Assembly (NCBI GenBank): GCA_003554465.1
Contig: PWGL01000110.1
Span: 1 to 33,820, forward strand
Source of the DNA: Candidatus Pacearchaeota archaeon
GTDB taxonomy: Archaea; Nanobdellota; Nanobdellia; Pacearchaeales; GW2011-AR1
DNA: 33,820 nucleotides
Direction of reading: 5' to 3'
In this document: positions 7,731 through 16,153 of the stretch, piece after piece
Layout of the letters: the number at the start of each line of letters is the position of its first letter
Position numbering within the stretch: position 1 is the first letter of the stretch
Notes under the pieces: model-generated
The model's input: the letters and a program-made list of their open reading frames with translations, nothing else
Database searches by the model: none
What the model was told of the DNA's origin: nothing
Translations under genes and position numbers: made by a program

Positions 7731-8393
7731 ATGGAAAAAGAGAAACATAAAGAGTTGGCTGCAAAATATAATGTGGATTTGGGAAAGGCGAAAAAGGAGC
7801 AAGAAAGATTGTCAAAAAATTTAGAAATTGTTAATGGGTCAGATGAGGTCAGAAAATTAGGGGGAATTTATTCTGCCTTTGCGGGAAATAAGATAGTTTC
7901 TGCTGTTGTGGTTATCGAGGAGGGAGAGATAGTAGATGAGGAATATTTTATTGAAACTGTTAAATTTCCATATATACCTGAGTTTAGAAGTTATAGGGAA
8001 TTGCCGTCAATGGTACAGGCTTTCAATAAATTAAGGATTAAACCAGATGTTATTTTTGTAAATTCTCATGGGATCTTACATCCTAGAAGTTTGGGGTTAG
8101 CAAGCCATCTTTCTCTTTCTATAAATTTGCCAACTATAGGGGTTGCAGACAAGTTAATTTTTGGAAAAGAGGAAGATGATAAAATTTTGGTAGACTCTGA
8201 AGTGAGAGGTAAGGTAGTTAAAACTAAAGAAGGTGCCAAACCTTTAATAGTTAGTCCAGGCAATAAAATTTCTCTTGAGCTTGCCGAAAACTTGGTTAGA
8301 AAATTTACTTTCTCACCTCATAAAATTCCTGAACCTTTGCATAAGGCAAGAAAATATGCTAAAAATGTTAGAAAAGAGATGCTTAGTTGGTAG
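7731..8393 (+). CDS. nfi: Endonuclease V family protein with substituted catalytic positions
   Basis: Family blocks present: FPYIPEFRSYRE, HGILHPRSLGLASH and PTIGVADK. I moved the start to ATG 7731 (MEKEKHKELAAKYN...); the track begins at an upstream GTG. Confidence 0.75.
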   Translation: MEKEKHKELAAKYNVDLGKAKKEQERLSKNLEIVNGSDEVRKLGGIYSAFAGNKIVSAVVVIEEGEIVDEEYFIETVKFPYIPEFRSYRELPSMVQAFNKLRIKPDVIFVNSHGILHPRSLGLASHLSLSINLPTIGVADKLIFGKEEDDKILVDSEVRGKVVKTKEGAKPLIVSPGNKISLELAENLVRKFTFSPHKIPEPLHKARKYAKNVRKEMLSW

Positions 8394-8427
8394 TAAAATT
8401 TAAATACTTGTTTAAGGATTTTTTGAT

Positions 8428-8796
8428 ATGGCAGAAGAAAATAAAGAATTAATTGAAAAGGCAGCGGGTTTATATATAGATTTGTCTTCTGATGAAAGTG
8501 TGAATCCTGAGGAAGTGCCTGTTGGTAAAGAAGTCAAAGAAAAGCAAGAGAATATGAAACAAGTACTAAGTGAAGTAACTCCCTTGTTAAAAAAACCTAA
8601 GGAATTTATTGAATCTGGGAAGAAAATTGTTGCAGACAATGAAGATTTGTTTGGCACAAATTTTATAGAGCCTTATTTAGATGATTTTATTAATATACTT
8701 TTATTAGATATTTACAAGAAAGGTATAATTGATAAGAAAGAGTTTGAAAACTTAAAGAAAGAGTATAAAGGCGAAGGTGTAGATATATATGTTTGA
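8428..8796 (+). CDS. Hypothetical acidic protein, 122 aa
   Basis: Long ORF in the local coding direction with K/E-rich composition like its neighbours. I recognise no motif. Confidence 0.5.
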   Translation: MAEENKELIEKAAGLYIDLSSDESVNPEEVPVGKEVKEKQENMKQVLSEVTPLLKKPKEFIESGKKIVADNEDLFGTNFIEPYLDDFINILLLDIYKKGIIDKKEFENLKKEYKGEGVDIYV

Positions 8797-8922
8797 TTAT
8801 TTTTAATAATTTTATTATCTTATTTTCTGATATTTTAACATTATAGAAATTTTTATAAATTTTGGTTTATTATTATAATTATGATTAGAGATATATTCAA
8901 ATTAGGTTCAATTAAATAAAAC

Positions 8923-8929
8923 AGGAGGT
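8923..8929 (+). promoter_or_regulatory. Shine-Dalgarno-like AGGAGGT upstream of the hsp20 ATG
   Basis: AGGAGGT ends 3 nt before ATG 8933. Confidence 0.35.
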
Positions 8930-8932
8930 AAA

Positions 8933-9364
8933 ATGGCAAGAGATATTTTTAAAATTTTGAAAAGAATGAGAGATGATATAGATAAATTTATGAGAGATAG
9001 CAATGATGGGTTTAAGGAGAAATTTCCAGAGGTGGAAGGCTTTAATTATCCAGAAACATATATTAGCGAGGAAGAAGATGAATTAGTTATAAACATGGAT
9101 ATGCCAGGTATGGATAAAGAAGACATAGATATTGATGCAGAAGAAGATATAATTACTATAAAAGGTAAGAAAAAGCAGAAACAAGAAGAAGAGAGGGAAG
9201 GGTATTATAGGTCAGAGAGAGGTTACAAAGGCTTTTATAGAAAATTACCCTTACCTACCAAGATTGAGCCAGAGAAAACAGATGCTAAATATGAAAATGG
9301 TGTGTTAGTTATAAGAGCTAAGAAGCAAAAAGGCCAGAAAGGTAACAAGGTCGATGTAGAATAA
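8933..9364 (+). CDS. hsp20: Small heat-shock protein (Hsp20/alpha-crystallin)
   Basis: ACD core ELVINMDMPGMDKEDIDIDAEEDIITIKGKK...FYRKLPLPTKIEPEKTDAKYENGVLVIRAKK. Confidence 0.85.
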   Translation: MARDIFKILKRMRDDIDKFMRDSNDGFKEKFPEVEGFNYPETYISEEEDELVINMDMPGMDKEDIDIDAEEDIITIKGKKKQKQEEEREGYYRSERGYKGFYRKLPLPTKIEPEKTDAKYENGVLVIRAKKQKGQKGNKVDVE

Positions 9365-9465
9365 TCATTTCTTTTTTCTTTATTTTTTATATTGTTCTTC
9401 TTCCTTTCTTATTTTATAGTATATTATACCTAACATGTATGTATATATTTAGTAAGCTTTAAATA

Positions 9466-9536
9466 TGGGGCCGCTGAGAATCGAACTCAGGTTTCAACCA
9501 CCCCATGGTTGGAGGCTGCCACTACCCTACGGCCCC
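9466..9536 (-). tRNA. tRNA-Pro (anticodon GGG), no intron
   Basis: Hand fold of the reverse complement: acceptor GGGGCCG/CGGCCCC plus A; D arm GGGT-AGTGGCA-GCCT; anticodon arm CAACC-AT-GGG-GT-GGTTG; T arm CTGAG-TTCGATT-CTCAG. 71 nt. Confidence 0.85.
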
Positions 9537-9603
9537 AATTTAAATATAATTATATTTCATCAATCTAGACCTTAGATTAATTATAATTCCAATATATTAA
9601 ACC

Positions 9604-9978
9604 TTAAAATAATCCTGTCTGTTTATAGTTTTTTCTCTTATTTCTCCTAACCTTTTTTTGCTCCTGTTTTGTCATAATGACTCTTTTTCCATCTCTCATT
9701 TCATTTTCATATTTAGATAATACTTTCTCTTCTAGTGGTGTCAACCTTTCTCTAAATGAAATAAGTTGATAACCTTTTGATGTGGGATTATATTTAACAC
9801 CTTTCATAATATTTCTGTCTAATAAAATCTTTTCTTCTTGATCTTTTTTTAAATTATACGCCCAATGAATTATGCCTTCTTTAGACCCACTAAAAATCTT
9901 TCTTTTATCTTCACCTATTGGTACAACATAGGCATCCCAATTTCTTAAACAGTCTCTTAAAACAATTTCATCTTCCAT
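9604..9978 (-). CDS. Hypothetical protein, 124 aa, with a basic C-terminal tail
   Basis: ORF lying between two same-strand tRNA genes. No recognisable motif. C-terminus QKKVRRNKRKNYKQ. Confidence 0.5.
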   Translation of the reverse strand: MEDEIVLRDCLRNWDAYVVPIGEDKRKIFSGSKEGIIHWAYNLKKDQEEKILLDRNIMKGVKYNPTSKGYQLISFRERLTPLEEKVLSKYENEMRDGKRVIMTKQEQKKVRRNKRKNYKQTGLF

Positions 9979-10065
9979 ATAATTATTAATAATCTAAATT
10001 ATTTAAATATTATTATAATTAATAGCTCTTTATAAATAATTTCTAAGAATAATCCAAATAAAAAA

Positions 10066-10158
10066 TGCGCCAGCCGAGATTCGAACTCGGGCCACTGCCT
10101 TTTTCCTTTTGAGATTTTTATTGGGAAGGCAGTATCTTAACCCCTAGACTACTGGCGC
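10066..10158 (-). tRNA. tRNA-Gly (anticodon CCC) with a ~21-nt intron in the anticodon loop
   Basis: Hand fold of the reverse complement: acceptor GCGCCAG/CTGGCGC plus A; D arm GTCT-AGGGGTTA-AGAT; anticodon stem CTGCC/GGCAG; loop TT-CCC-AA followed by TAAAAATCTCAAAAGGAAAAA; T arm CCGAG-TTCGAAT-CTCGG. Confidence 0.85.
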
Positions 10159-10217
10159 TGTCTTATATTTATTATTATAGCAATTTTTTATACTATTTGA
10201 ATTTATTCATTTATTTT

Positions 10218-11282
10218 TCAAGGGGTGCTCCAGTCATAATCTTTAAATTTTGAATCTCTGTGAAAAAAATCCCAAAATACTGTTCTATAGTGTCCTAATA
10301 TTGAAATTTGTCTTGCAAGCATTATACTTTTTTCATCTAGATGAAGTTTCCTCAATTTTTTCTTACTATTCAATGTTGAATCATATACAATAACATTGTT
10401 ATTTAACTTCCTATAAAATTCGGCTTGTTCTTCTGAAGGTAAAGGAAAGGGATTCATTCTCATAGGTATGTCATTTCTTTCATTTTTCCAGTATTCTCCG
10501 GCGGCTTTAATATATGCTGCTATCTCTTGTGGCTGAACCATTATAGAATATGAATTTTTCCTCTCATTTTCTCTTGTATACCCAAAAGTCCAGAATTTAT
10601 GTTCGGGCATTAGGGTATATTCAGCTTTTAAACCCCATATTATTGCTTTTGGATTTTTTCTTTTGTTAGTAGTCTCTACTAGTGGGAAATTTTCAAGTCT
10701 CAATTTGTATCTTTTTTTCCCTTTTTCCCTTGAGGGTACCTGACAAACTATTTGTCCTCCTTCTCTTGATATTCTTTTTGCATCATCGTAGGGCATCACC
10801 TGAATTCCCGAGTCGGCAATAGCACCTTTTTTATTTATATTCTCCGAATATGTAAATAATCTTATACCTTCGGGAGTAGCATAAAAAGAAATCTTTCTTT
10901 TTCTTTTATCGTTTCCGATAATAGGCATAAATGAAAAACCCACTACATTTATGTCTTCTTCAGGAACTCCTTCTAATTGTCTTAAAGACTCTCTTCTATA
11001 CTGTAAAGGGATCATTTTCTTTTCAAGAGCTTGTCGTAGGTTATATGGTTGATTTAATCTTAGGTATTCTCCATGTTTCAGATTTTTTCTTGAAGCTTCT
11101 GCAGAGTTGCCATTATTTCCAAAAAATCTTTGAGGGGTTAGGCTTGATTTTAATATTATCCCTTCACTTCCTCCTAATCCCATTATTCTTTCAACAAGGC
11201 CTTCTTGTTCACCAGTTTCTTCTATCTTGAGATTTTCAATTTCTGAAGGGTTTCTTTCTCTAAAAAATTCTTTTCTTACCAT
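10218..11282 (-). CDS. Hypothetical protein, 354 aa, no recognisable domain
   Basis: Long uninterrupted ORF, same strand as the two tRNAs and the 124-aa ORF, divergent from metG. I saw no nucleotide-binding, nuclease or TM signature. Confidence 0.7.
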   Translation of the reverse strand: MVRKEFFRERNPSEIENLKIEETGEQEGLVERIMGLGGSEGIILKSSLTPQRFFGNNGNSAEASRKNLKHGEYLRLNQPYNLRQALEKKMIPLQYRRESLRQLEGVPEEDINVVGFSFMPIIGNDKRKRKISFYATPEGIRLFTYSENINKKGAIADSGIQVMPYDDAKRISREGGQIVCQVPSREKGKKRYKLRLENFPLVETTNKRKNPKAIIWGLKAEYTLMPEHKFWTFGYTRENERKNSYSIMVQPQEIAAYIKAAGEYWKNERNDIPMRMNPFPLPSEEQAEFYRKLNNNVIVYDSTLNSKKKLRKLHLDEKSIMLARQISILGHYRTVFWDFFHRDSKFKDYDWSTP

Positions 11283-11385
11283 AGTCCTATTAGGAAAACA
11301 ATGTATAAATATTTTCTTATTCTTTTTTATATATTTTGTTTATTAAAACAGTTAATTTTTTATATGGTTATTTCTCACTACAATT

Positions 11386-13242
11386 ATGGTAAATAAAGAT
11401 AATATTAAGAAGGAAGATAGGTTTTATGTGACTACTCCTATATATTATACTAATGGTCCTGTGCATGCAGGAGGTGCATATACGACTATAGCAGCAGATA
11501 TTTTGGCTAGATGGAACAGGTTGAAAGGTAAAGAGGTTTTCTTTCTAACAGGCACTGATGAACATGGAAAAAAGATTCAAGAGGCTGCAGAGGAAAAAGG
11601 TGTGGAGCCGAAGAAATTTGTAGATGACATAGTGGCAGGATGGAAAAAAGCATTTCAGTTGTTAAATATATCTAATGATAACTTCATTCGTACTACTGAG
11701 GAGGGCCATGTTAAAGAAGTTCAAAAATTATTACAGGATTTGTATGATAAAGGATTAATTTACAAAGGCAGTTATGAATCTTATTATTGTATTGGTTGCG
11801 AACAGTATTTAACAGAGAAAGATTTGGAGGATGGAAAATGCCCTGCACATAATCGAGTTCCAGAATTGAGGAATGAGGAAGCTTATATGTTTAAACTTTC
11901 TAAATTTCAAGACGAATTGCTAGAATTAATAGAATCTGGAAGATATTGTATTCTTCCCGAAATAAGAAGGAAAGAAATAATCAATTTTATTAAAGACGGT
12001 TTGGAAGATGTCTCGGTATCACGTTTGAAAGAGAATGTCTACTGGGGAATAGATCTTCCCTTTGATGATAATCATTGCACATGGGTTTGGCCAGACGCTC
12101 TTTGGAATTATTTAACTGGGTTAAAAGGGGAAGGTGTTTTTGATAAATTTTGGCCTCCTAATGTTCAATTGATGGCAAAAGATATTTTTAGAGTTCATGC
12201 TACTATTTGGCCGGCTCTTTTACTTGGAGCAGGTTGTGAATTACCTAGTACATTATTTATTCATGGTTTTTTTACAGTGAATGGTAGGAAAATGAGTAAA
12301 AGTTTGGGAAATGTTATAGATCCTGTAGAGTTGACTAATAAGTATGGTTCAGACTCCCTTAGATACTTTCTTATGAGGAATATTCCTTTTGGTTATGATG
12401 GAGACATTTCAGAAAAAGCTCTTGTCGATAGACATAATTATGAGCTAGCAAACAAATTAGGTAACTTGGTTTCTAGAGTTTCTAGCCTTGCTGAAAAATA
12501 TGGTTTAGAGAAAAATACTAAAGATACAGATTTGTCTATGAAGGTTGAGAGAGTTGAGGAATTTATGAACAATTATCAATTTGATAAAGTATTGAATGAG
12601 ATTTTTTCCATTGTTGATGATTGCAATGAATATATTGATGAGAAGAAGCCATGGGAAGATGGCAATAAGAAAGTTTTGTATATTGTAGCTAGCAAGATAA
12701 AAGTTGCGGCAATATTATTGTGGCCTTTTATGCCTAATTCTAGCGAAGAAATTGCTAGAACTTTTAATTTTGAAATTAAATTGGAGAACCTAAAAAAACC
12801 TCTAGAGATTAGTCAGGTCAAAAAAGCAAAAATTTTATTCGAGAAAAAAGAATTTTCTGAAGATAGTGGGAAAATAGAAAGAAAGAAAAATGGGGAGGAA
12901 AAAGATTCAAAAGATAAGGGGGAGGGTGTTGTTGATTTTAAAAGTTGGCAAAAATTAGATTTGAGAGTAGCTAAAATAGTTGAGGTAGAGGATGTAGAAA
13001 ATAGTGAAAAACTTTTTAAGTTAGTAGTAGATATTGGCAGAGAAAAAAGACAGTTGGTGGCAGGATTAAAGGAAAGTTATGATATTGAAGAGCTGAAGGG
13101 AAAAAAATGTATTGTTTTTGTCAATTTAGAGCCAGCTGAGATTATGGGTATTAAGAGTGAAGGGATGATTTTAGCTGCAGGAAAAAATTCAAGACTTTTA
13201 GAGCCAGACGAGGGTATTGGGTTGGGAAGCAAGATAGAATAA
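11386..13242 (+). CDS. metG: Methionyl-tRNA synthetase with a C-terminal EMAPII/Trbp111-type tRNA-binding domain
   Basis: TTPIYYTNGP-VHAGG-AY, LTGTDEHGKKIQ, zinc knuckle YYCIGCEQY...GKCPAHN, KMSKS (GRKMSKSLGN), and a C-terminal LDLRVAKIVEVE...IMGIKSEGMILAA OB domain. Confidence 0.9.
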   Translation: MVNKDNIKKEDRFYVTTPIYYTNGPVHAGGAYTTIAADILARWNRLKGKEVFFLTGTDEHGKKIQEAAEEKGVEPKKFVDDIVAGWKKAFQLLNISNDNFIRTTEEGHVKEVQKLLQDLYDKGLIYKGSYESYYCIGCEQYLTEKDLEDGKCPAHNRVPELRNEEAYMFKLSKFQDELLELIESGRYCILPEIRRKEIINFIKDGLEDVSVSRLKENVYWGIDLPFDDNHCTWVWPDALWNYLTGLKGEGVFDKFWPPNVQLMAKDIFRVHATIWPALLLGAGCELPSTLFIHGFFTVNGRKMSKSLGNVIDPVELTNKYGSDSLRYFLMRNIPFGYDGDISEKALVDRHNYELANKLGNLVSRVSSLAEKYGLEKNTKDTDLSMKVERVEEFMNNYQFDKVLNEIFSIVDDCNEYIDEKKPWEDGNKKVLYIVASKIKVAAILLWPFMPNSSEEIARTFNFEIKLENLKKPLEISQVKKAKILFEKKEFSEDSGKIERKKNGEEKDSKDKGEGVVDFKSWQKLDLRVAKIVEVEDVENSEKLFKLVVDIGREKRQLVAGLKESYDIEELKGKKCIVFVNLEPAEIMGIKSEGMILAAGKNSRLLEPDEGIGLGSKIE

Positions 13243-13274
13243 AATGGGACTTGGTAATATAAGACAAGAGATAG

Positions 13275-13517
13275 ATGAGGAAGAAAATTGATGAAATTAA
13301 TTTCGATATTTTAGAGTTATTAAAAAAGAGGGATAAATTAATAAGAGATGTTGGGAAATATAAAAAGAAAAATAATTTACCTATAACAGACAAGGATAGA
13401 GAGGATGAGATGTACGAAAAATTGTTTAAGAATGCAGAGGAGAAAGGATTAAGTAAGGATTTTGTTAAAGATATTTTTGAGAGAATTGTTAGAGAGGCAA
13501 AAAGGAATGAAAAATGA
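13275..13517 (+). CDS. Chorismate mutase (AroQ class, monofunctional)
   Basis: MRKKIDEINFDILELLKKRDKLIRDVGKYKKKNNLPITDKDRE follows the helical AroQ pattern (R--ID-ID--IL-LL--R ... K ... P). Its stop overlaps the start of the next gene (ATGA). Confidence 0.7.
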   Translation: MRKKIDEINFDILELLKKRDKLIRDVGKYKKKNNLPITDKDREDEMYEKLFKNAEEKGLSKDFVKDIFERIVREAKRNEK

Positions 13518-14347
13518 TAGCTACGTTAGGTCCTGAAGGAACTTTTTCTAATGAGGCTGTTAGGAAGTATTTTGCTAAAAATAAAGAAATGGCTGAAAAA
13601 TTTACTAATTACCTTGAAGAAGTAATTTTTTGTGATAATATTGGGGAGGTTTTTGAGAATGTTAAAAGGGGAAGAATAGGTGTAGTTCCTGTAGAAAATA
13701 TGATTGACGGAAGTGTGGGGGAAACTTTGGATTTATTATATAAAGAAAAAGTTTATATTGTAGATGAAATAATTTTACCTATAAATCTCTGTCTTGCTTC
13801 TAAAGGCAAAGGTGTCGAGAGAATTGTATCTCACCCTAAGGCTTTGGGACAGGCTAGGGATTATATCAGGGATGAAGGATATCAGGAGGAAAAGGTTTCT
13901 AGTACTGCTAAGGCTATGAGGATTGTTTCAAACAGTAATGAGAAATTAGGAGCAATAGGTTCCGAGTTAGCTGCCGAAAAATACAATTTGAATATAGATG
14001 AGAAAAATGTGGAAGATAATAACAATAATGTTACCAGATTTTTAGTACTGAGTTTAGAGAAGAATGAGGATTGTAGAAGTGGCAGTAAAGATTTTAAGAC
14101 AAGTATGGCTGTTCATCCTGGAGAGGACAGGCCAGGATTGTTATATGATTTGTTAAAAGCTTTTAGAGAGAAGAAGATAAATTTAACAAAAATAGAGAGT
14201 AGACCTACTAAAATCAATTTAGGAGAATATATTTTTTATATAGATTTTAATGGCCATGAATTGGATAGTGATTGTAAGGATGCCTTAAGAGAGGTTAAGA
14301 AAATGGCAGATGTTAGAATTTTTGGTTCTTATGAATGCCAGTATTGA
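13514..14347 (+). CDS. pheA: Prephenate dehydratase with a C-terminal ACT domain
   Basis: N-terminus IATLGPEGTFSNEA, plus NVTRFLVL and the ACT region with LTKIESRPTK (the ESRP motif). Confidence 0.85.
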   Translation: MIATLGPEGTFSNEAVRKYFAKNKEMAEKFTNYLEEVIFCDNIGEVFENVKRGRIGVVPVENMIDGSVGETLDLLYKEKVYIVDEIILPINLCLASKGKGVERIVSHPKALGQARDYIRDEGYQEEKVSSTAKAMRIVSNSNEKLGAIGSELAAEKYNLNIDEKNVEDNNNNVTRFLVLSLEKNEDCRSGSKDFKTSMAVHPGEDRPGLLYDLLKAFREKKINLTKIESRPTKINLGEYIFYIDFNGHELDSDCKDALREVKKMADVRIFGSYECQY

Positions 14348-14386
14348 GTTAAGATTTATAAAGTAGTGTTTATTAGGATAAGTAAG

Positions 14387-14725
14387 ATGCCAGATAAGAT
14401 AGGGTTTAAAGAGTGGGGAAAAATAGATTTAAGGGCAGGCAAGATTTTGAAAGCTGAGGATGTGGAAGAGAGCAATAAATTATTTAAGTTGGAAGTTAAC
14501 GTGGGAGAAGATAATAATAGAACATTGGTGGCAGCATTAAAACCATATTATAGTAAATCAGATCTAGAAAGTAAGAGATGTATAGTTCTTTGCAACTTGG
14601 ATGCAAAGATTTTGAAAGGTATTAAGAGCAAGGGAATGATTTTAGCTGCTGTAAATGAGGATAAGAGCGAAGTGAAATTGCTACAGCCGGATGAGGAAAT
14701 AGATTTGGGGAGTAACGTACAATAA
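14387..14725 (+). CDS. Free-standing tRNA-binding OB-fold protein (Trbp111/CsaA-like), paralogue of the MetRS C-terminal domain
   Basis: IDLRAGKILKAEDVEESNKLFKLEVNVGE...ILKGIKSKGMILAA aligns along its length with MetRS residues LDLRVAKIVEVEDVENSEKLFKLVVDIGR...IMGIKSEGMILAA. I set the start at ATG 14387; the track uses an upstream GTG. Confidence 0.8.
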   Translation: MPDKIGFKEWGKIDLRAGKILKAEDVEESNKLFKLEVNVGEDNNRTLVAALKPYYSKSDLESKRCIVLCNLDAKILKGIKSKGMILAAVNEDKSEVKLLQPDEEIDLGSNVQ

Positions 14726-14734
14726 ATTAATTTT

Positions 14735-15496
14735 TTATCTTAAACCTACTCTTTCTAAAACTTTATAGAATAATGATCTTTCTTTTCTCTCTTTCCCTAA
14801 AATTTTAGCTGCTATGTCTTGATATGCTTTTGCAGCTTTTGATTTTGCTCTTGTATGTATTACTGCATTTTTCTTATTAAGAGCTTCATCTATAGCTTCA
14901 TCTTCAGGAACTATACCTAAAATTGGTACTTCTAGCATGTCTTCAATGTCATCAATCGACATCTCACTCTTTTTATTTTTTGATCTTGTGATTACCACAC
15001 CCCTCACTTCTTTCCCTTTTTCTTTTGCCATCTTTATTGTTTTTAGGGAATCTGTAACTGATAAGGTATTAGGGTTAGTAACTACTACTATTTCATCTGC
15101 GGAATCTATAGCCATTTCTGCTTCCTCTCCCAGGCCTGCTGCAGAATCTAGTATTATATGTTCGCTAATTTCTTTTAATTCTTCAGCAACTTTTTTCAAG
15201 GTTTTTTTATCCTCTTCTTTTAATTTATTGTAAGATAAAGAACAAGGAATTATTTTAGTTCCAGAATCATGCTCATATATTGCTTCTTCTAATTTTACAC
15301 TATTATCTAGAACATGACTTAGGGATATAGGGACTGCGGGAGCTCCAAAATGTAGTCCTATATTTGGAGTCATGACATTTGTGTCTACAATAACTACATC
15401 TTCTTTAAACTTATTCAAGGCAGCACCTATGTTTACTGCAGTTGTTGTTTTTCCAGTTCCACCTTTGCCAGAGGTTATCGCATATACTTTTGCCAT
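14735..15496 (-). CDS. minD: MinD/ParA-family P-loop ATPase (archaeal MinD type)
   Basis: Deviant Walker A ITSGKGGTGKTTTAVNIG and Walker B IILDSAAG. The C-terminal segment SLFYKVLERVGLR could be amphipathic. Confidence 0.85.
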   Translation of the reverse strand: MAKVYAITSGKGGTGKTTTAVNIGAALNKFKEDVVIVDTNVMTPNIGLHFGAPAVPISLSHVLDNSVKLEEAIYEHDSGTKIIPCSLSYNKLKEEDKKTLKKVAEELKEISEHIILDSAAGLGEEAEMAIDSADEIVVVTNPNTLSVTDSLKTIKMAKEKGKEVRGVVITRSKNKKSEMSIDDIEDMLEVPILGIVPEDEAIDEALNKKNAVIHTRAKSKAAKAYQDIAAKILGKERKERSLFYKVLERVGLR

Positions 15497-15583
15497 TTTC
15501 TAGGTATTATTCCCTAATCTGTATAGTTTTTAAATTTAACTAATCATGAATATCTTTTTTAGAAATATATTTTTAAATTACAA

Positions 15584-16015
15584 TTATATATTTTTCTTCA
15601 TCTCCTTAATAAATTCTTCCAATATTTGGCTATACTCTTTTAGTTTTTCTAAATCTATATATGTCCATTTTCCCTTATATCTAACACTTAATGTCACATT
15701 TTTTCTAAATTCATGCTCTCTTGTCTTCTCTAAATTTTCCATTTTCCTAAAAAAATCAAATAACTCTACGGCCTGAATAATATCTTTTTGATTATAGTTG
15801 TCCTTAATTGTTTTTATTTTCGGGACTATTGTACCAGGGATTTCATCTATTTTTTTATTTTCTTTTAGTTTTTCTAAAAGTCTGTCTATAGATTTTTCAA
15901 TTAAGTGAGTCCATCTAGAAATAAGATTCAAAATAACATCTGTTGTCTTTGTGTACTTAAGACTGACATACAAGAGGTGGTCTGCACTAATTTTTTGTTG
16001 TATTATTTTTTCCAT
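15584..16015 (-). CDS. Hypothetical helical protein, 143 aa (paralogue A)
   Basis: Shares SADHLLYVS..., ...EHEFRKNVTLSV... and IDLEKLKEYSQILEEFI with the next ORF (TADHLTYTT, ESPFEFGKNDKMVIM, LTIEKMKKYLLEAKDLV). Confidence 0.6.
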   Translation of the reverse strand: MEKIIQQKISADHLLYVSLKYTKTTDVILNLISRWTHLIEKSIDRLLEKLKENKKIDEIPGTIVPKIKTIKDNYNQKDIIQAVELFDFFRKMENLEKTREHEFRKNVTLSVRYKGKWTYIDLEKLKEYSQILEEFIKEMKKNI

Positions 16016-16153
16016 TTTTAAGAAACACTATTTCCTTTTTTCCCTATTTGAATCTAAATTATTTATCATTTTTCTTATTAGAAGTACAGATTACTTATAA
16101 ACAGGAGTATTTATATTTTTTGCTTTTTTCAAATATTTTTAAAAACTCTTTTT

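Noticed and set aside
13244-13295. Short upstream frame MGLGNIRQEIDEEEN* overlapping the chorismate mutase start. AGACAAGAGATAGATGAG (RQEIDE) and AGGAAGAAAATTGATGAA (RKKIDE) are similar 18-mers offset by 16 nt, hinting at a duplication or frameshift that re-created the N-terminus.
   Set aside because: Only 13 of 18 positions are identical in an AT/purine-rich context. The annotated ATG already gives a plausible AroQ N-terminal helix with the catalytic-type Arg. It cannot be resolved without orthologues.
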